Assembly: GCA_965208575.1 (NCBI GenBank)
Contig: CBDBOV010000002.1
Span: forward strand, 512,001 to 576,000
Origin: Spirochaetia bacterium
GTDB lineage: Bacteria; Spirochaetota; Spirochaetia; SZUA-6; Bin103
Length of the DNA stretch: 64,000 nt
Direction: 5' to 3'
The notes under the pieces were generated by a model. It ran no database searches and was not told the origin of the DNA. It worked only from the letters and a program-made list of their open reading frames with translations. How positions within the stretch are numbered: the stretch's first letter is position 1; each line of letters opens with the position of its first letter. The position numbers were made by a program, and so were the translations under genes. Positions 1-10,045 of the stretch are shown here, one piece after another.

Positions 1-212
1 GCTTCCGGCGGCTGCGTGTTCCCGTTCGGCGGCTTGGTGTCGGATGGTGGGGATGCGGGTGGTGAGCAGGCGGACAGAACAAGCAGCACGAACGCCGCCG
101 TCGCCACGAGGCTCAGCGGTCGTGCTCCGGTCCGAAACAGCGGGCGGGCGGGCGATGCCTGGGCATCGGGTTTCATCGTCTTCCCTGTCACGGAGTGACC
201 GTACCGTCTCAT
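1..212 (-). CDS. Putative lipoprotein, N-terminal part only (runs off the window edge)
   Basis: My translation of the minus strand from ATG 212 (GAGGAG RBS upstream; alternative ATG at 176) gives MRRYGHSVTGKTMKPDAQASPARPLFRTGARPLSLVATAAFVLLVLSAC-SPPASPPSDTKPP: a hydrophobic stretch, a LSAC lipobox and a Pro-rich linker. Not in the supplied ORF track. Confidence 0.65.
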   Translation of the reverse strand, partial: MRRYGHSVTGKTMKPDAQASPARPLFRTGARPLSLVATAAFVLLVLSACSPPASPPSDTKPPNGNTQPPE

Positions 213-618
213 GGAGAAACCTCCTCGGAGGCCGGCTCGCCGGAGGACACACCGGCGGCGTCCGGCACCTCTTTCATCTGGTACCGCGCTCATCCACAAG
301 AGTCAAGGAAGTATCAATATGCTTTGGACAAACGTATTTGTAGCGGGTAACAAAGGAGCCGTGCATCGCCTCCGCCACGTGACTCCGCAGGTTCTCTCGC
401 CTCCTCCCTCGAGTCGTGCAGGTAAAACAGGTGGTAGCGCCGCCGCGGCGCGCCGGCGTCCTCCGCGGAACATCCGGGCGCCCGCCCATCCCTCAGAACC
501 CCGGATCACCTCGCCGTCGATGCTCAAGGGGCCGTCGCGCCCACCGAACGAGGACGACGCGCCCCAGCCCCAGATAGGATGCGGGGGGCAGGTTCCGGGC
601 GCGGCGCTCGCCGCCCCG

Positions 619-3600
619 TCACCAGCGGATCGCGCCGCGCAGCGTCACCGCGTGCTCGGCCTCCGGGCCTGCCCCGGGTCCGGCGCGCTCGCGGCGCGTG
701 GCGTCGAGACTGACCTCGAACCCCGAGTGGCCCTGCGCCGCCGAGGTCAGCCGCCAGCCGATGCGGTACTCGCGCGCTCTGTCCGAGTGCTCGAAGCCGA
801 CGTTCGGCGTGCCCGTGAACCGGTCGCCGAACAGCGCAAACCCGTAGCCGAGCTCGCCCTGCAAGCGCCGCTCCGGCTCGAACCCGGCCCCCGGCGCCAG
901 CCCGCGCGCGTCGCGTGCCGACCACAGCCGGTCCATGCCGCTCGACGCCGCGCCCCAGGTGGGGGCGAGGCTGAACGAGAGGCCGCGGCCACGAGCGCCG
1001 GGGGCGAGCCGGATCGAACCGCTCGCGCCCCACTCGCCGTAGTTCGCGTCCTCGTGCGCAACGAGCGCGCGCACCCGCGTCTCCACGCCGAGGCCCATGC
1101 CCGGGTCGCTCCACGCGAGGCGCCCGCCCAGTTCCGCTCCCGATCCGGTCTCCGCGTCCCCGCCGTCATGGCGAAGCCCCAGCTCCACACCCGGCGTCAG
1201 CAAGGCGCCGCCGCCCATGGCGAGTGCGCGGCTGCCCTCCAGGATGAGCCGCACCCGGCTCGCTTCCGCCGTGGTGGCGCCCTCGTTCGAGACCGCCTCC
1301 GACTCCGTCTCCACCCAGAACGCATCCGCCCTCAGCCCGAGGTCGATGCCGCCGGTCTCGCCGGCCTTGAGCAACGCGCCCCTTCCGCCCCCCGCGGCAA
1401 GGCGCATCCCGAGGCCGGTGCGGGTCACCCGCTCGGGCTGGCCGCGGTCGGTCGCCGCCTGCACGATGGTCATGTCGCCGGCGCCGTAGCCGAGCAGACC
1501 CCAGGCCGAGACCCGGTCGTTCAGCATCACCCGCGCATAGGGGCTCACCGCGGTCATCGTGCTCTCGATGGTGCCCGAGTCCACCCCTGGCTGGTCGAAC
1601 GTGCCCTCGCCCTCGCTCACCGACACCGCCACGCCGGCCAGCAGCCGGTTCCATTCCACGTCCGCGCCGAGAATGGCCGTGGTCACCAGGCCGTCGAGGC
1701 GCACGTCGCCCCCGTCCGCCGGCGCCTCCCCGTCGAAGCCGCCCACCGTCGCCCGGCCCCAGGCCGCGAGGCCCGGACCGTCCCCCTCGCCCGCAGCCGC
1801 AGCCGCGAGATGGAACCCGCTCCCGAGCAGCAGTTCACGGCCCGATACACCGCGCGCCGCCGCGCTGCTGTGGATGGCAGACTCGCGCACGCCGAGGCCC
1901 GGCCCCGGACCCGATCCGGGGCCGTCCTCGGACGCGAACTCCTCCCGGGCGCCCAGCGCGCGGGCGACCGCGGCCAGCACCTCACCGAGCCACCCCTCGT
2001 CGCCGGTCCGCGCGAGGTCCACGCGCTGGCCGCCCACCGTCACCTGCGCGCCCGTGAGCGGGTTCGCGAGGCGGTCGGAGACCGCATCCGTGACGTGGCC
2101 CGCCACCGTGCGTCCGAAGCGCGACAGCCACATCTTCTGGAGCGGGTCCGCGTTCGCGATCGTCCCGGTCGCCTCGCCGTCGGTAATCCGCGCGCCCTGC
2201 GCGTTCGAGAGCGTCAAGCTGAAGGTCTCCTCGCCCTCGTCCAAGGCGTCGTCGAGCAGCGCCACGCTCACCGTCTTCATGGTCTCGCCCGCCGCGAAGG
2301 TCAGCGTCCCCGACGCCGCCGTGTAGTCCGCGCCCGCCTCCGCCGTGCCGTCGGCGGTCGCGTAGTCCACCGTCACCGCCCCCGCCGCCGCGCGGCTCAA
2401 GGAGACCTCGAACGCGACCGCGGCGCCCGCGCCCTCGTTCGCGCGCGCGTCCGCTACCGACAGCGTCGGGCGCCAGTCCACCTTGTGCGCCGTGTCGTAC
2501 CCCAGCCCCTCATGGGCGAGCGCCGCGTTCTCCCCGGCGGTCGATGCGGACTCGATCGTGCCGCCGTTCAACGCCAGCGTGTTCGCGAGCACCGCGACGC
2601 CTTGCGTCGAGACGTTCGGCTCCGCCACCGTCCAGGCGAACTCCAGCATCCTCGTGCCGCTGCCGTCCGCGTACGCCGCCCACTGCTCGTCTCCGGTCGC
2701 GGAGCTGAAGTCGACCTGCAGCCGCGGCACGCCGGTCACCGTCACCGCCTTGCTGAAGGTCAGCGTCACCCGGATGGTCTCGCCGAGGCCGTAGGTGGCG
2801 TCCGCGCCCGCGTCCGAGGAGATCGCCACGCCGGTCACCGACGGCGGCCCAGTGAGGTTGTCCAAGATGATGTGGGTGGTGTTCTCCACCGCGTTGCCGG
2901 CAAGGTCCCGGAGCCCCTTGGCTCTGTCTGTGGGCCTGATGTACCGAAAGATGTTAGTACCGCCCTCTCTCGCCCGAGGCTTGCCTTCACCCAGTCCGAC
3001 CGTCACCTTGCGCCCGCTGATCTCCACATCACCCGTGGCAGAAAACCCCCACGCGCTCTTGCCCAAGAGCTGCACCTGCACCCTGAAGTGGCCCCCCACC
3101 GAGTCCTCGTCCAGCGCCTCGCTGAAGTAGAGGATCACCGTCCCACCGTCGATCTCGCCCCGATCCAGCGTCGGCGCGGTTTCGTCGGGGCCGACTGCCT
3201 GGCCGCGGAAGCTCGCCACCTCGTTGCCGGCTTCGTCCCGCAGCCGATTGCCGGTCCCCGAGTCAGGCCTGGTATAGCTCACCTTCACGCCCGTGTCAGT
3301 CTCCAGCACCGCGTTCGCCAACGTCAGGGTCACCGTGGCGCCCTCGATGGCGGGCGACCCGCTCAGGCTCACCATCTCCTCGACACCCCCCTGCGGCGTC
3401 TTCTTCACCGTGAAGGCGTCGTTCGCGAGCGACGCGGCCGCTCCGAGGGTCTCGTCGAAGGTGAGCGTCAGCGCGGTTCCCCTCACCTCCGCACGCTCCA
3501 CGCGAGGCGGCCTGCTCCCATTGGTCACGTCCTCGACGGAGAAGCTCGCCACCTCGTTGCCGGCTTCGTCCCTCAACCGGTTGTCGGCACCCGTGGTGAG

Positions 3601-6600
3601 CCTGCTGTAGCTCACCTTCACGCCCGTGTCGGTCTCCAGCGCCGCGTTCGCCAACGTGAGGGTCACCGTGGCGCCCTCGATGGCGGGCGACCTCAGCCTC
3701 ACGTTCTGCTCGCTGCTCCCTTGTGGCGTCTTCTTCACCGCGAAGGCACTGTTCACCAGCGGCGCGGCCGCGACGAGGGGCTCGTTGAACGTGACCTTCA
3801 GAGTCACCCCGTTCACGCGCGCCGCGGACACTATCGGTGGCGTATCCACCCGGTGGTTCGGGTCGTGATCCAGCCCCGCATGCGCGAGTGCAGCGTTTTC
3901 CCCGGCAGTCGACACGGACCGGATAGAGCCGCCGCCGAGTTCCAGCGTGTTCGCGAGCACCGCCACACCTGCGCTCGAGGTGTCGCCCTCAGCCACCGTA
4001 TAGGCGAACTCCAGCGTCTTCTTACCGCTGCCGTCCGCGTAGTCCGCCCACTTCTCGTCTCCGGCCGCGGAGCTGAGGTCGATCCGCACCCGCGGCGTCC
4101 CGGTAACGTTCACCGCCTTGCTGAAGGTCAACCGGACTCGGATCGTGTCGCCCAGGCTGTAGGTGGCGCCCGCACCCGCCTCCGACGACACCGCCACCCC
4201 CGTCACCGTCAGCGCCACCCCGGTGACGTTGTCCAGATCGATCGATCGTGTCTTCTTCCACTCGCCGTCAAACAGCCGTTGCAATGCCTGCACAGGGTTG
4301 CCGGCAAGGTCCCGGAGCTGCTTTGCGTCAGGATCGGAGCGCCGAAGGTAATAGGCGCTGTTTCTCTGTTCGCCCGCTTTCGCGCGCAGTTGCCACTTGC
4401 TCGATGAGTGCCCCAAACCGACCGACACCACGTTGCCGCTGACCGTCATATTGCGTGTGGCGCCGGCGATATACCATTGTCCATTGATGTGCCGCATATT
4501 CACTCTGAAGCCTCCCCCCGTCGAGTCCGGGTCCAGCGGCTCGCTGAAGAAGAGCGTCATCATCGCGTCGTCGATCTCGCCGCGCACCAGCCGCGGCGGC
4601 GTGATGTCCGGGGCCCCCTTCCTCACCGGCTGGTCGATGAAGCCCGCCGCCTCGTTGCCGGCTGCGTCCCTCAGCCGGTTGCCGGTGCCCATGGTGGGCC
4701 GGGTGTAGCTCACCTTCACGTCCGTGTCGGTGCCCAGCACCGCGTTCGCCAGCGTCAGGGTCACCCGTGCGCCGCTGATGGCGGGCGACCCGGTCAGGCT
4801 CACCTCCTGCTCGCTGTCCCCCCGCGGCGTCTTGTTCACCGTGAACGCGCCGCTCGCCAGCGACTCGGCCGCGCCGAGGGCCTCATCGAAGACGAGCGTC
4901 AGCGTCACGCCCTCCACGGCCGCCTGGAGCAGTGTCGGCGTGATGCCGTCCACCGTGTGGGTCGAGTCGTGATCCACCCCCGCATGCACCCTGTCCGCGT
5001 CGGTCTGCGTTGTCGTGGAGCGGATGGCGCCTCCGTTGAGCGCCAGCGTGTTCGCCAGCACCGCCACACCCGTGCCGGCCGTGTCGCCCCTTGCCACCGT
5101 GTAGGCGAACTCCAGCATCGTCGTGCCGTCGCCATCCGCGTAGTCCGCCCACTTCCCGCCTTCGGTCTCGTAGCCGAAGTCGAGCTTCACCCGCGGCGTG
5201 CCGGTCACCGCTACCGCTTCACTGAACGTCAGCCGAACCTTGATGGTCTCGCCCCGCGCGTAGGCATGGTCCGTCCCCGCCTCCGACGAAATCGCCACGC
5301 CGGTCACCGTCGGCGCCGGCGACCGCTGCCAGTCCACCTTGTGCGCCGGGTCGTGCCCCAGACCCGCATGCGAAAGTGCTGCATCCGCGCCCGCCGTGGA
5401 GCGGATGGTGCCTCCGTTGAGCGCCAGCGTGTTCGCCAGCACCGCCACACCCGCGCTCGAGGCGTCGCGCTCAGCCACCGTGTAGGTGAACTCCAGCGTC
5501 CTCATGCCGACGCTGCGCGCGTAGTCCGCCCACTTCTCGTCTCCGGCGCCGGAGCTGAAGTCGATCTTTACCCGCGGCGCGCCGGTCACCGCCACCGCCT
5601 TGCTGAAGGTCAGCCGGACCCGGATCGTGTCGTCCAGTCCGTAGGTGGCGTCGCCGCCCGCGTCCGACGACACCACCACCCCCGTCACCGTCAGCGCCAC
5701 TCCGGTGACGTTGTCCAATCCAACCCATCGTGTGGTCGAGTAGCACGAGCCCCAACAGGTGACAACCGGAGCCCTCAGCGGGTTGCCGGCTAGGTCCCGG
5801 AGCCCCTTGGTGGGGTCGGCGGGCGGTCTGTACATAAGGGTGTTACCCGACAGGCCCCCCGTTAAGCGCCAAGGCAATCCGACCTTCACCACGTTGCCGC
5901 TGATCTGCACATCGCGCGCGTCGGAATAGTGTGACCAACCATAAGTCGGGGCCTGCAAGCTCATCCAGAACCGTCCCCCCTTCGAGCCCGGCTCCAGCGG
6001 CTCGCTGAAATAGAGGGTCACCGTCGCGCCGTCGATCTCGCCCCGCTCCAGCCGCGGCGGCGTGGTGTCCGGGGTATTGTTCGTGACGGGCTCGTTGGAG
6101 AAGCCCGCGACCTCGTTGCCGGCCGCGTCGCGCAGCCGGTTGCCGGCGTCCGAGCGCGACTTGCGGTAGCTCACCCTCACGTTCGTGTCGGTGTCGCGCA
6201 CCGCCTCCGCCAGCGTCAGGGTCACCGCCGCGCCCGCGATGGCGGGCGCCCCGCTCAGCCCCACCGTCTCCCCGGCGCCCCCCGCCGGCGTCCGCTTCAC
6301 CGTGAACGCGCCGCTCGCCGGCGACGCCGCGCCGTCGATGGCCTCGTCGAAGGCGAGCGTCAGCGTCGCACCGTTCACCTCCGACCGCGACAGCCGCGGC
6401 GGCGTCGTGTCCGGCGTGCCGTCCACCTTGTGCGCCGCATCGTGGGCGAGGCCTCCGTGCGCCCGGGCCGCGTCCACCTGCGACGACGCCGACTGGATCG
6501 TGCCGCCGTTCAGCGCCAGCGTGTTCGCCAGCACGGCGACACCCGCGCCGGAGGCGTCGTCCCGCGCCACCGTCCAGGCGAACGTCAGCGCCGCCGTGCC

Positions 6601-7746
6601 GCTGCCGCTCGCGTAGTCCGCCCATCGCTCGGCGCCGGCGCCGAGGCCGAGCTTCAGCCGCGGCGTGCCGGTCACGTTCACCGCCTCGCTGAACGTCAGC
6701 CGCACCCGGACCGTCTCGCCGAGTGCATAGGTGGCGTCCCCGCCCGCGACCGACGTCACCGCAACCCCCGTCACCGCGGGCGTCGCCACCGTGACATTGT
6801 CAAGACTCAAGATGCGCGTGCGGCCGCGCCCGCCGGGGTGCGCCGACGGCGTCTCCACCGGGTTGCCGCTCAGGCCCCGCAACCCGCCGGACGCGGGGTC
6901 CAGCGGCGCGAGGTAGTACGCATAGTTCATCTCGGTCAGGCCCGCCCGCGCCCGCGGCCTGCCCGCGCCCACTCCCACCTTTACCACCGCGCCATCGATC
7001 GCCACCGCGCCGGTGGCGAAGAACGACGTCACGTCGTTGGCCGAGGTCTGCACCTGGACATGGAACGCGCCGCCGGCCGCGTCCGGGTCCAGCGCCTCGC
7101 TGAAGAACAGCGTCACCGTGCCGCCGTCGATCTCGCCCCGCAGCAGCCGCGGCGGCGTGCTGTCGGGTGCCGGCGCGGTGACGTTGGCAAGCGCCATGCG
7201 CACGTAGCGCCACTCCACCCCGTCGCCGACCGGCAGCACATCGGGCGCCGTCACCAGGTTGCCGGCCAGGTCGCGCAGCGCCCCGCCGGCGCCGTCGGCG
7301 CGCCGGATGTAGAGCACGCGGTTGTGGTCGAGCCGGCCCGCCTCCGCCCGCGGGTTGCCCGCGCCGAGCCCGACCGTCACCACGTTGCCGTCGACCGACA
7401 CCGGGCCGGCGGCGTCGAAGTTGGACGTGAGCCTGGCCGTGGACAGGTCCACCATGAACCGGCCCCCGGTCGAGTCCGGGTCCAGCGCCTCGCTGAAGAA
7501 CAGCCGCATCGTGCCCCCGTCGACCTCGCCCCGCACCAGCCGCGGCGGCGTGGTGTCGCTCGGCGTGCCGCTGTCCGTCGAGACCCGCCCGCCCGCGCGG
7601 CCCGGCGCCGCGTCGGCGCCCGCCTCCGCCCTCACCGCAACTCCGCTCACCGCAGGCGCGCCGTCGGCGAAAGCCGGCGCCGCGGCGAACGGTGCCAGCC
7701 CGGTCGCGGCGGCGGCGAGCAGCAGGACCAGGCGGGCGATCGTCAT
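619..7746 (-). CDS. Giant repetitive surface/adhesin protein (SwmB-like repeats, Calx-beta domain, C-terminal autotransporter-like beta-barrel)
   Basis: 2375-aa ORF with signal peptide (MTIARLVLLLAAAA...AFA). Repeated 'PPRL.RGEIDG.T.TL.FSE.L...LRDLAGN', 'VTGVA.SS.AG.D.TY..G.TI.V.LTFS..V.VTG.P' and 'V.G.TLTL.FDE.L...LRD.AGNE' modules. Calx-beta-like 'LSVADARANEG...VTVDYATADGTA.AGADY' segment. Amphipathic beta C-terminus ending in W. Confidence 0.85.
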   Translation of the reverse strand: MTIARLVLLLAAAATGLAPFAAAPAFADGAPAVSGVAVRAEAGADAAPGRAGGRVSTDSGTPSDTTPPRLVRGEVDGGTMRLFFSEALDPDSTGGRFMVDLSTARLTSNFDAAGPVSVDGNVVTVGLGAGNPRAEAGRLDHNRVLYIRRADGAGGALRDLAGNLVTAPDVLPVGDGVEWRYVRMALANVTAPAPDSTPPRLLRGEIDGGTVTLFFSEALDPDAAGGAFHVQVQTSANDVTSFFATGAVAIDGAVVKVGVGAGRPRARAGLTEMNYAYYLAPLDPASGGLRGLSGNPVETPSAHPGGRGRTRILSLDNVTVATPAVTGVAVTSVAGGDATYALGETVRVRLTFSEAVNVTGTPRLKLGLGAGAERWADYASGSGTAALTFAWTVARDDASGAGVAVLANTLALNGGTIQSASSQVDAARAHGGLAHDAAHKVDGTPDTTPPRLSRSEVNGATLTLAFDEAIDGAASPASGAFTVKRTPAGGAGETVGLSGAPAIAGAAVTLTLAEAVRDTDTNVRVSYRKSRSDAGNRLRDAAGNEVAGFSNEPVTNNTPDTTPPRLERGEIDGATVTLYFSEPLEPGSKGGRFWMSLQAPTYGWSHYSDARDVQISGNVVKVGLPWRLTGGLSGNTLMYRPPADPTKGLRDLAGNPLRAPVVTCWGSCYSTTRWVGLDNVTGVALTVTGVVVSSDAGGDATYGLDDTIRVRLTFSKAVAVTGAPRVKIDFSSGAGDEKWADYARSVGMRTLEFTYTVAERDASSAGVAVLANTLALNGGTIRSTAGADAALSHAGLGHDPAHKVDWQRSPAPTVTGVAISSEAGTDHAYARGETIKVRLTFSEAVAVTGTPRVKLDFGYETEGGKWADYADGDGTTMLEFAYTVARGDTAGTGVAVLANTLALNGGAIRSTTTQTDADRVHAGVDHDSTHTVDGITPTLLQAAVEGVTLTLVFDEALGAAESLASGAFTVNKTPRGDSEQEVSLTGSPAISGARVTLTLANAVLGTDTDVKVSYTRPTMGTGNRLRDAAGNEAAGFIDQPVRKGAPDITPPRLVRGEIDDAMMTLFFSEPLDPDSTGGGFRVNMRHINGQWYIAGATRNMTVSGNVVSVGLGHSSSKWQLRAKAGEQRNSAYYLRRSDPDAKQLRDLAGNPVQALQRLFDGEWKKTRSIDLDNVTGVALTVTGVAVSSEAGAGATYSLGDTIRVRLTFSKAVNVTGTPRVRIDLSSAAGDEKWADYADGSGKKTLEFAYTVAEGDTSSAGVAVLANTLELGGGSIRSVSTAGENAALAHAGLDHDPNHRVDTPPIVSAARVNGVTLKVTFNEPLVAAAPLVNSAFAVKKTPQGSSEQNVRLRSPAIEGATVTLTLANAALETDTGVKVSYSRLTTGADNRLRDEAGNEVASFSVEDVTNGSRPPRVERAEVRGTALTLTFDETLGAAASLANDAFTVKKTPQGGVEEMVSLSGSPAIEGATVTLTLANAVLETDTGVKVSYTRPDSGTGNRLRDEAGNEVASFRGQAVGPDETAPTLDRGEIDGGTVILYFSEALDEDSVGGHFRVQVQLLGKSAWGFSATGDVEISGRKVTVGLGEGKPRAREGGTNIFRYIRPTDRAKGLRDLAGNAVENTTHIILDNLTGPPSVTGVAISSDAGADATYGLGETIRVTLTFSKAVTVTGVPRLQVDFSSATGDEQWAAYADGSGTRMLEFAWTVAEPNVSTQGVAVLANTLALNGGTIESASTAGENAALAHEGLGYDTAHKVDWRPTLSVADARANEGAGAAVAFEVSLSRAAAGAVTVDYATADGTAEAGADYTAASGTLTFAAGETMKTVSVALLDDALDEGEETFSLTLSNAQGARITDGEATGTIANADPLQKMWLSRFGRTVAGHVTDAVSDRLANPLTGAQVTVGGQRVDLARTGDEGWLGEVLAAVARALGAREEFASEDGPGSGPGPGLGVRESAIHSSAAARGVSGRELLLGSGFHLAAAAAGEGDGPGLAAWGRATVGGFDGEAPADGGDVRLDGLVTTAILGADVEWNRLLAGVAVSVSEGEGTFDQPGVDSGTIESTMTAVSPYARVMLNDRVSAWGLLGYGAGDMTIVQAATDRGQPERVTRTGLGMRLAAGGGRGALLKAGETGGIDLGLRADAFWVETESEAVSNEGATTAEASRVRLILEGSRALAMGGGALLTPGVELGLRHDGGDAETGSGAELGGRLAWSDPGMGLGVETRVRALVAHEDANYGEWGASGSIRLAPGARGRGLSFSLAPTWGAASSGMDRLWSARDARGLAPGAGFEPERRLQGELGYGFALFGDRFTGTPNVGFEHSDRAREYRIGWRLTSAAQGHSGFEVSLDATRRERAGPGAGPEAEHAVTLRGAIRW

Positions 7747-8073
7747 GGCACGCTCCCTTGCGGGCGTCGGTTCGTCACGTCACAAGCGAACTGCGAATAG
7801 GTGTTTCATGTCAATCTCTATTGGATGTCGAGAATGGATTCATCCATATCAAATCGATAAATGAACGGCCGTTGCCTGCCGCCGGGATGCTCTCAGCGAC
7901 CCCTGTGTGAATGATCGCTTCGCGCGTTCGCACCCCGGCCACCCCCGGCCACGCGGGGCGATTGACCGCGCTTGCCTCGTTCGGCCATCATGCGCCGAAT
8001 CGAATTCACAGACTCGGGTGTGCCGCACCACCCTGTTCCGGGAAGGTTGCACTCCGAGAAGGGAGACACTCAG

Positions 8074-9939
8074 ATGAGAACCAAGACACTCGCGGGGGCG
8101 CTGGTCCTGGCGTTCGCGGCGACCGGACTGTGGGGCCAGATCGGCGGCCTGCCGCGGGAAGAGAGCCTGATCATCCAGAACCCGGAGGGGAAACCGGCGA
8201 ATCCCGGCTGTTTCAACCTCTGGTGGGGGTGCGGCGGCGGCTGGTCGACCGGCCTGCATCAGCTCGCGCTCGACACGTTCTGGTATATCGACCCCAACGC
8301 GGGAGTCGACGGCGTAATCCACAACTCGCTCGCCTCCGGGCCGCCGGAGTACAATGACGACTTCAGCGAGATGACCGTGTTCCTGCGCCGGGGCATCTAC
8401 TGGAGCGACGGCGTCGAGTTCACCTCCGCGGATGTCGTGTACACCGTCGAAGCGCAGATCGAGCATCCGGGTGCGACCTGGGGCGGCGCGTTCAGCACCA
8501 ACGTCGAGTCGGTCCAGGCGATCGACGACTATACGGTCCGGTTCGTTCTGAAGGCGCCGAACTCGCGTTTCCAATCGGTGTTCTCGGTACGCTGGAACGC
8601 GGCGTGGATCATCCCGAAGCATATCTTCGAGAACGAAGATCCCACCACCTTCGAGTTCAACCCGCCGGTGAGCCTCGGCCCGTACACGCTGCACAGCTAC
8701 GATCCGAACGGGTCCTGGCACATCTGGGAGCGGCGCGCCGACTGGGAGCGCACCACGGTGGCCGAATTCGGCATGCCCGCGCCCCGTTACGCGATCTACC
8801 GGCACGGCATCCCCACCGACCGGCGGCTGATCGAGATGGTCAACGGCGACCTCGACATGATCCACGACCTCACGCCGGAGGGCACGTTCTCGATCGTGAA
8901 GCAGGACGAAACCACGCAGGGCTGGTTCCCGGGCTTCCCGTACGCGCACCCCGACCCGACGCTGCCCGCCGTGGTGTTCAACACCCAGAACGAGAAGTTC
9001 CAGGACAAGCGGGTGCGCTGGGCGCTGGCGCTGATGCTGGACGCGCAGGCGATGTCGCTGGCCAGCTACCGCGGCGCGGCGACCTTCTCCGCCATCCAGG
9101 TGCCGCCCACCGGACTGCACCCGGACGACTACCACGAGCCGATGCAGGACTGGCTGGAGGCCTATACGATCGCGGCCGGCGGCAAGACCTTCCAGCCGTA
9201 CGATCCCGAGGTCACCCTGCGGATAGCCGAGAACGTCCGCCGCCAGTTCGACGGCGTACCGGAGGACGAAGAGGCGATTCGGCGTTCGTTCGGCTACGGC
9301 TGGTGGGCCCAGAACCTGGAGGCCGCGACGCTGCTGTTGGAGGATGCCGGCTTCGAGAAGCGCGGCAAGGACTGGTACATGCCGGACGGCAAGCGGTTCT
9401 CGGTCGAGTTGGGCTACAGCGCCGAGGGTGTGATGAGCCGGCTCGGATCGATCATCGTGCAGCAGTGGATCCAGGCCGGCGTCGACGCGACCAGCAGGAC
9501 CGATCCGCAGTTGTGGGACCAGATGTTCATGGGCGAATTCGACGCGCAGATCGGCTGGTCGGTCGAAACCTGGGGCGGCCATCCCGACCTGTCGTTCTTC
9601 CTGGACAGTTGGCACTCCGAATTCGTGGCCGAGCCCGGCGCCCGGCAGCCGGCGCGCAACTGGCAGCGCTGGACGCACCCCGAGCTGGACCGGATCATCG
9701 AGGAGATCCGCACCATCGACTTCAACGATCCGCGCGGCGTCGAACTGGGCCAGGAGTTCGTGCGGCTTACGGTGGAGGAGATGCCGACCATCCCGATCAT
9801 GTCGTACAACGTGTTCTCGGTGCAGTCCAACCGTTACTGGACCAACTTCCCGACTTCCGAGAACAACTACGCGAACCCGGTCACCAACTGGGCCAACGGG
9901 CGCTACATCCTGAACCTGATCGAGCCCGCCTCGCGGTAA
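8074..9939 (+). CDS. ABC transporter substrate-binding protein, family 5 (oligosaccharide/peptide)
   Basis: Signal peptide; 'LRRGIYWSDGVEFTSADVVYT' SBP_bac_5 motif; heads a complete ABC operon; GGGAGA RBS before ATG 8074. Confidence 0.9.
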   Translation: MRTKTLAGALVLAFAATGLWGQIGGLPREESLIIQNPEGKPANPGCFNLWWGCGGGWSTGLHQLALDTFWYIDPNAGVDGVIHNSLASGPPEYNDDFSEMTVFLRRGIYWSDGVEFTSADVVYTVEAQIEHPGATWGGAFSTNVESVQAIDDYTVRFVLKAPNSRFQSVFSVRWNAAWIIPKHIFENEDPTTFEFNPPVSLGPYTLHSYDPNGSWHIWERRADWERTTVAEFGMPAPRYAIYRHGIPTDRRLIEMVNGDLDMIHDLTPEGTFSIVKQDETTQGWFPGFPYAHPDPTLPAVVFNTQNEKFQDKRVRWALALMLDAQAMSLASYRGAATFSAIQVPPTGLHPDDYHEPMQDWLEAYTIAAGGKTFQPYDPEVTLRIAENVRRQFDGVPEDEEAIRRSFGYGWWAQNLEAATLLLEDAGFEKRGKDWYMPDGKRFSVELGYSAEGVMSRLGSIIVQQWIQAGVDATSRTDPQLWDQMFMGEFDAQIGWSVETWGGHPDLSFFLDSWHSEFVAEPGARQPARNWQRWTHPELDRIIEEIRTIDFNDPRGVELGQEFVRLTVEEMPTIPIMSYNVFSVQSNRYWTNFPTSENNYANPVTNWANGRYILNLIEPASR

Positions 9940-10045
9940 CGCGCGTGGCCCATCCCGTCCCGACGCCAACAGGAGTCTGTCGAACCACGAACAACTCCTG
10001 TTGGCAGGGATCCGGGAGCCGGACGGTCGGCGGCAATACGCGCCC

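Noticed and set aside
382-398. 17-nt match GACTCCGCAGGTTCTCT shared with the transposase 3' end (about 18635)
   Set aside because: No extension on either side; a match of this length is plausible by chance in 64 kb of GC-rich DNA.
2470-7560. Repeated DNA blocks considered as CRISPR or DGR template/variable repeats
   Set aside because: The repeats are hundreds of bases long, in frame and protein-coding. There is no repeat-spacer periodicity, no cas or reverse transcriptase gene in the window, and no adenine-only mismatch pair was evident.
211-7800. Very long plus-strand ORFs (1398, 461, 456 aa) opposite the adhesin gene
   Set aside because: Arg/Pro/His-rich antisense shadows expected from high-GC codon bias; the minus frame has the coherent domains. 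The same applies to most other overlapping ORFs in the track, such as 7849-10251, 32103-34217 and 56406-59525.
7834-7847. ATGGAT-tc-ATCCAT palindrome in the AT-rich divergent promoter region
   Set aside because: Plausible operator, but short, single and with no regulator gene nearby to assign it to.
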